From Octopus vulgaris (taxonomy: Eukaryota): a DNA stretch of 64,000 bases. The stretch spans positions 19,468,001 through 19,532,000 of the forward strand of contig OX597817.1 in NCBI GenBank assembly GCA_951406725.2. Direction: 5' to 3'. The notes beneath the pieces were generated by a model. That model did not search any database, was not told the DNA's origin, and saw only the letters and a program-made list of their open reading frames with translations. How positions within the stretch are numbered: position 1 is the first letter of the stretch; each line of letters opens with the position of its first letter. The translations under genes and the position numbers were made by a program. Below, in pieces: positions 53,785 to 64,000 of the stretch.

Positions 53785-55532
53785 TAGTTTTATTTTTATT
53801 TTTATAGCGTGCTTTCACTTCACTACCGAGCGCAGCTCTGTGTGCCTTGGGTATGTGCTGTGATTTGTTGTGATGTTCTGATGGTTATTGTATGGAAAGT
53901 GTTCTGCGTAGGATGTGGGCAGTGCCTAGTAGTGCAATTTTCTGTATGTTATATGTGTTTGTAAGTCCTGGTGTTTTTGTTATGTATTTGTCTGAATATT
54001 TTTTTATCATGCCTAATGCACCTACTATGATAGGAATTGTTTCTGTTTTCAGATTCCACATTCTAGTTACCTCTATTTCCAGGTCTTTGTATTTTGAGAG
54101 TTTCTCCATTTCTTTTAGAGACACGTTGTCATCTGCCGGTATTGATACATCAATTAAAAAGCATTTTTTTCTTCATGATCTCTGACAACTATATCTGGTC
54201 TGTTGGCCTTAATTTCTCTATCTGTGTGTATCGGCATATCCCAGAGTATGGTTGCTTTCTCGTTTTCTGTGACCTTTTCTGGTGTGTGCCTATACCATCT
54301 TTTTTCTGTTGTTATTCCATAATGTTGGCATAGCTTCCAATGTATGTAGGTTCCAACTCTGTCATGTCTGTGAATATATTCCTTCTTAGCCAGGACTGGG
54401 CAGCTAGAGATAATATGATTTATTGTTTCTTGTCTATCTCCACATATTCTGCAGTTACTTGTAATATTTCTTTTCATTACATGTTTTTGGTAATTTCTGG
54501 TGGGGAGGCTTTGGTCTTGTGCTGCAATTAAAAATCCCTCTGTTTCTGCTTTGAGTCCTGAGCTTCTCAACCATTGCTGGGATTTTTCTTTGTCTATTTC
54601 TTTTGCGTTTAGTTTAGTGCAGTATTTACCATGAAGGGGCTTTTCTTGCCATCGTTTTATCATGGTTCGTTGCTGTTCTGTTTTTAGTTTGGATTTCATT
54701 TGTTTTATAGCTTTTGTTGTTTCTTCATCTTCTTCTTCTTCTTCTTCATGTTTATTAGGTGGTATGATTTCTTGTTTGTATTTGTCAGCTTCCTTAAATA
54801 CTGAGAACAGTTTTTTGTTTTGCTCGTGTTTTGCCGCTATCTGGATCAGTTTTCCTTCCTTCTGAAGTAGATATTTTTGCAGTCCTATGGTGGTTATTTT
54901 ATAGTAGTTTTCCAGCTGTATAAGGCCTCTACCACCTTCTATACGTTGTATATATAGTCTTTCTATGTCAGATTTTGGGTGATGCATCCTAGATCCTGTC
55001 ATTATTTTTCTTGTTTTCCTATCTATTTTGGTCAGTTCATTTCGTGTCCAGTTAAGGATATTGTAGCTGTAACTTATAACTGGGACAGCTAAAGTGTTGA
55101 TACCTATTATCTTGTTTTTAGCATTGAGCTCTGTGTTTAGTATTGATCTAACTCGTCTATAATATTCTTTTTTATTTTCTCTTTCATTTGTGTGTGTTGT
55201 GTCTTATCTAGTTCATGGATTCCTAAGTATTTGTAAGTTTGGCTTTGGTCTAATTCTTTTATTTCATTGGTTTTATCTAGTGTGATGTTGTTACTCTTAA
55301 CTAGTTTTCCTCTTTTCATGGTTACTTTGGCGCATTTTTCTAATCCAAATTTCATATCTATTTCTTTGGTAAATCCATGAACTGTCTTTAATAGTGTTTC
55401 CAACTGTTTGTCATTTGCAGCGTATAGTTTTAGGTCATCCATATATAAAAGGTGGCTGATCGTTTTGCCGTAACATTTATATCCGCATCCAGTTCTATTT
55501 AGCATATCAGATAGAGGTGACAGTGCCACCTC
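53782..55532 (-). mobile_element. young 5'-truncated R4/Dong-clade LINE inserted in (TAA)n
   Basis: (TAA)n on both sides, about 100-bp 3' UTR, and a nearly open ORF. Confidence 0.9.
53885..55530 (-). pseudogene. R4/Dong ORF C-terminal part: RT end, CCHC finger, restriction-like endonuclease
   Basis: SHLLYMDDLKLY, FGLEKCA, YKYLGI, GGRGL, IAAQDQ, CRICGDRQETINHIISSC, RHD, ILWD, RPDIV..D and KYKDL. Two frameshifts in A-runs (about 55165 and 54165). Confidence 0.9.
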
Positions 55533-55586
<54 letters not shown>

Positions 55587-55609
55587 CATTATTATTATTA
55601 TTATTACTA

Positions 55610-56560
55610 TTTTATGGTTGACTTTTGCTTTGCATTTGTACAAGATGGCTCCAAGTCTCACCCAGAGATCTCAAGAGACGATAAGTTAGAAGTTCATGTT
55701 GGCGTTATGCTTAGGGTGACATATATTTGGTTTTGTACATAGTGTTGTTCTAGAAAATGTTTAAGAAACCATAAGAAAATTATGTGTTTATTTTAAGATT
55801 TGAGATTACGGAGGCAGTATTTTACGTAGATATGGGCAGTTCCCATGAGCACTTTTCTTTTGAATTTCTGTCATTTTGGGGTCTCCTGGTTTCTGAGCTC
55901 GATAGCAGTCAGCCCCTTTTGCTTAATGTAGTTAGTTCGGAGAGCCTGCTTGTGGAAGTTGCAAATCGGAGCTTCAGTGCTTCCCTTCAGATTGCCATTT
56001 CTAAGCCACGACCATCTCTTATCCCTGTTTGTGCCTACTTTATTTCTAGTGTACTGCCCGTGCTTATGTTTAACTTTCCCTTCCTTCCCAAGTTGTTTTT
56101 TCACTGTCTTCTTACCTTCATTCAGTAAATTTCAGTGTCAAGCTCTTTTATATTTGATATGGTGTTAACCTTCACAAATCTAAGGTACCAGGCTAGATTG
56201 TTTACTTTGCTTTTGACACAAATTTCATATCTTAGTCTTCTACATCCTTTGTTTCTTCAAATATCAAGGCTTTGCTACAAAACTCCTTGGATAGCGTTCT
56301 TTATGCGCTGTCATCAATTTCCTAGATTTCTTATCAATGCATTCTAATTCATCTTATTGCATTTAATAACTCTTGCCTACGCATTCGTTTCCTTGATCTT
56401 ATTCCTTCTATTCTATTTTGACGACATTCCAAGTCTCATCTGCCTAAGATTTTCTCTTTTCAACGTCTCCTTCATTTCTTTTTCTTTGATCTTATTCAAA
56501 CCAAAGACTTCTAAATACTTATATAATTCCACCGAACTTCATTAAAAATCTAGCCATTAG
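55610..56560 (-). pseudogene. older R4/Dong LINE fragments (3' end plus RT-thumb region)
   Basis: KVLMGTAHI at the ORF end, WSWLRNGNLKGSTEAPIC..QALRTNYIK, and YKYLEV. Confidence 0.7.
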
Positions 56561-58354
56561 CAAGCTCAATCAATTCACTCGTTGTGAGCTTTCTACGTTT
56601 CAGGGTAACAAATAGTTGATCTCAATACAATCTGACTTGGGTCAGAAGATTCATGCAAATGACAAATAAGAGTGGAGATAGCTGTTTTCCTCAAATATAC
56701 CCCTTCGTATGTTGACAGATTCTAACTGTACCCCGTAGGAAATTACTTCCGTTTACTAACTGCCGTTGAAGTTTCTGTAAATCTTAATATATCGCTCGTC
56801 ACTTGAGTACAGTTCAGGCACCCTAATATACAGTTTTCGTGAACCATGTCCTAGGCTTTCTTATAGTCCACAAATGCAATAGCTCAATTCTTGAGTCTTT
56901 TTGTACAATTCACCAGGATTGTTTTATAGACCAGTTGGTTATTTTGTATACATGCTGTACTTTGTATATCCTTTCGGTCCTTCCAGTAGAATTTCAATCT
57001 CCTCAAGGAACTTATAATCTGAGAAATGATTAAATCATAAGCTTCCGTATTAATGAGAAGAAAGATATGTGTCTATAATTATCTACTGCGTTAATTTTAG
57101 CTGGGTCCTCTGACACAGCACATTTCAACCTGCTATCATTCATACGGGTATCTCTACCCAGTTATTTAACATGTCATTCATTTGAGCTGCGATTCGTTTA
57201 CGTAAAGATCTCTGTTTCAGTCAAAAGCTCTAGGATCTTTCCAATTAAGATTTTGTTTCTGTTTGCATGCATACCTTTATTACTGTTATTTGAATACCAT
57301 TCAGCTCCCCATTTGTTTTATTCTCCCTCTATTCCTTTCGTCATGCAGTGTTTTATTATGTTGTACCTCTTTATCACAGCTGTTTGAACAAAATATTTTC
57401 TTTTCTTATCCTCTAGGTCTGGGTACACTATTTTCTGGTCTTACTGGGACATCCCATTGGTTCTGTATTGTTTTCTTTGTTCAAACCTTTTGAGCTTGGA
57501 CGACTTCGGATGCATCCTTTGTTTCAACCCCTCAATAAATACGTTTATACTTTTCTTTAATATATTATACTTCTTTTCTAATTCAATACAGGGTGAGCGA
57601 AAAGTCACACCAAAATAAGTTCAATACGATTCAGAATTGTCAAAGGCATGCTTCAATTTTTTTCAAATCGAATTAAGTGGATAAAATAATGATGAATACT
57701 CGTACTTTTTGCATGATGGACAAAAGACAGTCATAACAACAGTAATATATTAGAAATGACAAAAATTTTGGTGCGAGAGTTTAGGACCATGCTATTTGTT
57801 TAGGCACCTTTTTTATGTGCCCCTCTTCTTCCACGGTCCAAAATGCTAATATGGTTCCTTAATTCATTAATCTATTCTCTAAGTTTGTACTATCTGTACA
57901 CATTGCTTTGTTGTTTCCTATCTTTTAAAATTATTTTCAAGTGTTTGTTTTCATGAGATAATATCTTTCTTCGATTAAATATTTGGGTTTGACATTATCT
58001 CCAAATTGCACCCTAAACAGCTTGTCTGCGGAATTCAAACCATTTCCCTCTTTTCCTTCAAGAATACCAAATAGGTGTTTATAGTTTAATTGAAAAGTTT
58101 TTTTTTATTTAATCTCTGCTTTAGATTTTCATTCGTTGCTCAAGCCCATTTGTTTTCTTTACTTGATAATTTCCTCTAATATACTTGTTTTCTTCTAGTT
58201 TCTATATCTAATCTTATAATATTCTTCATAAAGTCTTTAACGTTCATTAATATGCATTTCTACCACCAGGGTACTTGATGATCTTTCCTTAGTTCATTTT
58301 TTCCTTATAGCAAACCTAAAACATGTTGTGGCACCGACCAACCGAAAATGCTGG

Positions 58355-58555
58355 TTAAGGCGGCAAGCCGGAAGAAACGTTAGCACGCCGGGCAAAATGC
58401 TTAGCGGCATTTCGCCCATTTTCACCTTCTGAGTTTAAATTCTTCCCAGGTCGAATTTGCCTCTCATATTTTCGGGGTCGATAAAATAAGTACCGGCTGA
58501 ACAGTGTGGCCGATGTAATCGATTTACATCCTACCTCAACTTGTGCCAAAATTTG
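58355..58555 (+). mobile_element. SINE family C
   Basis: AAGGCGGCAAGCCGGAAGAAACGTTAGCACGCCGGGCAAAATGCTTAGCGG... matches the family C head and body. Other relics at about 19165-19280, 42130-42320 and 45215-45385. Confidence 0.8.
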
Positions 58556-61257
58556 ATATCAATATCAATGTGCTGGTTTCTTTCGCAGATAATTTCATCA
58601 GAAACACTTTACGTGTTGATTTCTCTTCATGTTTGTTCTGTCTACTTCACCCAGTTTCACTGATTCTAAGCCTTGAAGTGTTTGTTTGTTTGTTTGATTT
58701 TTTTTTGTTTGCTTATTCCACAGTTGTTCAATAATTTCAGTTGTTCTACATCAAGGCCATTTTCACATGAGATACATTTTCCTTCAAGTATGTTTTTCTT
58801 GCCCTTTTGTATTTTCCTCTTATTCTCCTCGTTGGTTACTAATGTCTTACGTGCTTAATGTCACACATTTTGTTTGATATTTCTTTGAATTTCTTCAAAC
58901 ACAGTGTGATAGTTACAAACACTGTGTGATAGTTTACATTCATTCCTCCTAGCTACTCATCACTGAATATAAATCTCCCACATTTCATTTGCACAGATTT
59001 CTACGGAATACTGCTTTCCGTGGTTTTGGTTCATTTCTTAATTGACATTTCATTACTGTCTGGCTGATTATTTTTATTCCCTTAGCTTCCTTAATTTTGT
59101 ACCTTTTTGTTCTAAAATAACAGTATGACGCCGTACCCAAAATTCTGTGCTGTAGACCAGCTTCCGTGTCAGAGAACACTTACTGGGTGAGAGACTTTCA
59201 CAAGAGATTCCAATGTCAGTAACACAGTTATCTTGTTTAAATCCAAATTCGTCATAATTCACTCACGTGAAGAGAAACAAATTTAGATGAATGTTTTGTC
59301 ATCATTTCTTTGCCTTTTTGCGAGACACCACTTCTATGAGCGTTGCCATTAGCCTTTGTTCCTCTTGTATATTATCCTGGCTAGAAGTCTTAAGTATTCC
59401 TCTCGTGGTTTGATTCTATATGTACTTAAATGGACACACATACATCTACAGACACACACACAAACACACACATACACACACATACACACACACAAACGCA
59501 CACACATATAAGTGGTATGTCTTTGTATGGTTGGGTGTGTGAGTCACTGTATGTGTGTGGGAGGGAGAGAGAGAAAGAGAGAAAGAAAAAAAGATAGATA
59601 GGTAGATAGAGAGAGATAGATAGATAGAGAGAGAGTGAAAAGATATAAATTTTGCCGATTTTCCTTTGCAAGCAGGTAAACTATAATCGAAGTCCTCAGA
59701 TTAGCGATAATTTTTGAAGTTTTGTTCTGCATCGACCTACACTGAATGACTAGCTATTGTCCTCGTCACATTTGCAGTGTGCCATTAATTGACGTTTTGT
59801 AAATCTATTCTGAATGAGGTATAATATATAAAAAAGTTTAATTAGTGAGATAGCTAAGCACTCTTTTATATAATATGCGTAAACACAAATATTGATTTTG
59901 TCATGTAGGACAAAATTTATTGTCTATCAACTTGAAAAATTTAATAGTTAAACTCAATATGCATTTAGAGTTTTTTCATATTAGAGTTTTTGCATATGAA
60001 CAGATGGTTATTCCTAAAATTCTATTCCATTATATGCGCATGTTTTTTTATATTTTATATCATTTATCGTTGTAGTTATAATACCGCCAGATAGATTATT
60101 ATTACCTGCTGTCCAATCCCAGATTACTTAAATTATATGAGCGTATTCGTTAAATAAGCTGTTTATATTGAATAACATGTTTAAATAATAAACCGCAGTG
60201 TAAACAACCTCCCACTACGCAGTGATGTAAGTATTTATTTTCGCTATCTTCTTTAGTATTTATATTTTCAGTTCATATTAACCAAACTCGTGCCGACATA
60301 ATTTCTTTTTTATGATTTTATGTGAAACATATTTAACCTTTGTTTTTATTATAACACTGTTTAAACTCTCATTTTTCATCAATGAGTTTTAACGTGGCTT
60401 CCTATACAGTAAAGGAATGTTGGCGTTACTACATTTTTCTCTAATATTGTTGGCAAACTGTGGAGGTAAGAATGTAGATATTCATTACATTGAATTTTAT
60501 TTGGATTCACTAAATATTTGACGATAGACAGGAATGTATTGATTTCCATAATTTTCACGTATTTTACGTCATATATTTCGCTAATTGGTTGTAATCATGT
60601 GTATTAATATTTCATTTAAGCTATTTAGTGCAAGAGAATAGTTAAAAAGAGGACATAGAAAAAATGAAATTTGTCTTAACAGCATTATATTTCGCAAAAT
60701 AATTGTTCAAAATGGAAATCCATTTCAAAAGACACCCATCCAAAATGCGAAAGTCAGTTAAATCTACATGTTATATTACAAATAAAACAAAAGCAGTTTC
60801 TGGATTGCAGTATATTTGATTGCAGTGATAATGAGATACCTATTAAGAAAGGAAAGAAATAATTGATTGAGGTCACCAATAAGAGTGCGATAGTGAGAAA
60901 AACAGATTGTAAGGAGAAACAAAGCTATCTAAAAAAATGAAGAATAATATGGTGACGCGTAGAAATGAGAGCCAGTGTTTTGGATATGCAGTTTATTAGA
61001 ATTTATCAAATTGGGATGTCGAGACTTAAATGATCAGAAAGTAAATAAAGCAAGTAGCTTCTCTACTTAATTCCGTCAAAGATTAGATGAATTAATAGAT
61101 GGAATTATAGTGCTAACTATCTCTGTACTCTCCAATGCAATCGAAAACTAACTGGAATATAAGCCAGCTGGAATAGGAAATCCATTAACTTTCTAACAAA
61201 TATCTTTCTAACGTTTCTGTCTTAATCTCTCTCTCTTTCTCTCTCTCCCACTTTCCT

Positions 61258-61296
<39 letters not shown>

Positions 61297-61300
<4 letters not shown>

Positions 61301-62111
61301 CATGGGAAAATGTGAGCAAGAGAAATAATATTCATAAGATTGTATATCTGGAAAAGTACAGGGAAGTTATTACAGCTGGTAAAGTACATGACATGAATAG
61401 TTTTATTTAAAATATTGCAGATAACATTTCAATATATTTTCAAATAAAATATATTAGCTTTTATTAAAACTAAAAATTTTGTTACAAGATATTACATGTT
61501 ACTTCTATTAAAAATAAAAGTAAGAACTCAAAATATATTTTGCACTTTAGAAAATTGTTTTTTTTTAAATTATTAATTAAAAATTAGAAATTTGAACATA
61601 GGTTATAAACAACAATGGTACAATAAATAGAATAATACAAAAATTACTTACATATTACAGTAAAACATCCTATAACATAAAATGTACAGTAACATTTGCT
61701 TGAGTTATTGCCTAAGATTATTGCCAAGTCTTCACAGTTTTAGTCTTGACCCAATGCCTATTTTTCACATGATGAATTTGCCTACCATATATAATATTCT
61801 ATTTTGCATAAAACTTTAGTTATATTGCTACTTCTGGCTCTCATTTTTAAAGTATTCTATTCTGTCAATATTTTAACTAAATGATGGTACTTTTTTAAAA
61901 TTATAATGTTACTTAGTAAATTATAATCAAATAATTTTTAATATTCAAATTTTATCCTTATTTCAAAGATATTAAGTAAACACTTTTTTCTGTACTTTAC
62001 CAGATGTAATAACGTGACCTGAACTATTCCAGTGAAATAAATTGTACTGTACTTTTCCAGATTTATAATCTTAAGAATATTATTTCTCTTGCTCGTATTT
62101 TTCCATGTAAT
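61297..62111. mobile_element. about 815-bp element bounded by imperfect long inverted repeats (MITE or fold-back)
   Basis: ATTACATGGGAAAATGTGAGCAAGAGAAATAATATTCATAAGATTGTATATCTGGAAAAGTACAG versus its reverse complement at about 62047-62111, plus an inner IR at about 61368-61388 / 61991-62013. Left flank is (TA)n. Confidence 0.7.
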
Positions 62112-64000
62112 CCATATTTTTTCAGGCTATGCTATTTTGCTAATTACTAATGTATCGAATGTGTCAATTAGCGGTGCCGTTGATACTTTTTTCGTTACCT
62201 CAATGATGCCGGTGACATACATTAAAAGTCTTGCTATGGAACTATATTTAGAAAATGTTTAGAATTATATTGCCCTCAAATTTGAGAATCAAAAACTAAT
62301 AAATTTTCACTTTTAAAACTTCTTTGCATGGTGTTGATATCATAAAATTATGCAAATTGAGTTCTATCATTTAAGCTTAATTAAGATATAATTTGTTTTT
62401 AATATAAAAAAGTATATTATACTTAAATCCAATTTTTTGCCTTCTATGTTTTAATGATATTTTACTTTACAGCATTTATGATACAGTTTGTTGCATGGGA
62501 CCAAAACTATGAAATTATTTATGCTTTCTTCTATCATTAAAGCTAAGACAAATATATTTTGCTTTTAAAATAAAAAAAGTTATTTAGATCTAAACTTGAT
62601 TGGTGGCGTTACTTAATCTCCTATAACGTTGCTATAAATTTGGCTGTAAGCTTTTTCCTATTGGACCAAATATAAATTTTGTATGCCAAAATGTAGCTAG
62701 GGACCAGTCCTCTTCAAAAATGTTAATGTTTTAATTTGGTTAAGAACTGAATTAGCGACAAGCTCTGAAAGGTGCTGCGCGTGGATAAATTGCGGCCTTA
62801 AGAATATTATTCAGCTACTATCTTAGTAGAATGAGAAAAAAGGGAGTGACCATCTGAAAGGTTCGTGCATTGGCACTCATGAAACTAGTTACAGGTTTGT
62901 GTGTTCATATAGCTGTTGATAAATACACAAATATATTTCCCTATAGAATGTTCTCTCTATCAATATATAGATATATAAAGACAGATAGATAAATAGAAAA
63001 CGACGAGAGTTTAAACAATACACACACCTAAACAGGCGCCATTGCAAAGTGCCTAAAATCTCTCCCCAGCCGTCAAAACACAGCATTTGTTATTACAATG
63101 GTTTGTAATTCAAGAACCCAGTTTTAAGCCATAACCATCTCGTCTCAGTCTTAACCACAAGATTTTTCGTATGTTTTTATAAGATTTTCATAGAGAAAAT
63201 GATAAGAAGTGGGAATGTTTATAAACCATATGTGGTGGCTATTAAAGTACCAAATATCTAGAAGTGGAAACATACAGATGCAACTTGATGACAGCAGTAA
63301 ATGTATGTGTCATCAAGCATATTCTTTTCGAAAGTATGGAATGAATATAGAATCACTTAAATAAGGAAATGCGCTTAAAGGGAAATTATGACAGCAGTAG
63401 TTGTTATGATAATGGTTTTGTTGTTGCTGTTGGCGGTGTTGGTTGTGATGGTAGTGATGATGATGATGATGAGGAGGATAATGATGATGGTGATGATTAT
63501 CGTATATTTGAAGACTCACTTTTATAATATTTGTTACTTCCATTAAAAGTCACCATTGTAACCACGCTGATGAGCATAGTTACCATTTATTCCCCTCATA
63601 ATCACCATCATGTTTAATGGTGAACGTCATTCTCGTCATCGTATCTCTCTTCAGAGACGGCATCTGCTTTATTATATTCTTTTTTCCGCCTCATCATGAA
63701 CATAAGCATTCGCATGGTTACCATATTATTTTAGCAAAATATTTCGCGATTTTTTCCAAATATCGCTATACATCTATAATGATCATGATTACTTTTTATT
63801 ACGGCCATTGAAATGTCTCTAGTTAGAAACCCCTTACAGGGCTATAAACATGATGTATTTATTTTCAAAACATTAAGTAAAACTGAGCTAGGAAGCAAAA
63901 CAAATTTGCACAATGTCATACATTATTCAGTTTGCATCCAACAAATACGTAACATATCGATCTTCCGACGCAAATGCAGCCATCATTTCATATAGAGAAA

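Noticed and set aside
55532-55661. N-terminal extension of the 174-aa ORF (MRLGAIL...poly-I)
   Set aside because: This is read-through across a neighbouring LINE UTR and (TAA)n. The true LINE sequence starts at about 55530.
57587-57612. TACAGGGTGAGCGAAAAGTCAC, a Tc1-like TIR start
   Set aside because: No matching opposite TIR or transposase remnant was identified nearby.

Overview
AT-rich, microsatellite-saturated, non-genic eukaryotic DNA. The SINE families resemble octopus/coleoid cephalopod repeats (recalled, not searched). I find no credible host protein-coding exon, and most listed ORFs are translations of microsatellites. The window is a transposon mosaic. It holds many tRNA-headed SINEs, a near-complete irritans-type mariner nested in a Helitron-like element, a second Helitron, a Merlin-type MITE with an 8-bp TSD, a cluster of R4/Dong-clade LINE fragments in (TAA)n tracts, RTE, Tx1-like and Gypsy remnants, and three decayed Penelope-like element (PLE) coding remnants. 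The most notable signal is a set of short, mutually unrelated non-coding inserts in or beside (TA)n tracts. Several carry type I hammerhead-ribozyme (HHR) motifs and/or long fold-back inverted duplications. They include an apparently intact HHR in a 404-nt monomer-plus-40-nt retrozyme-like unit (12448-12891) and a tRNA-headed HHR element (16929-17375). I infer these are non-autonomous, PLE-mobilised ribozyme retroelements.
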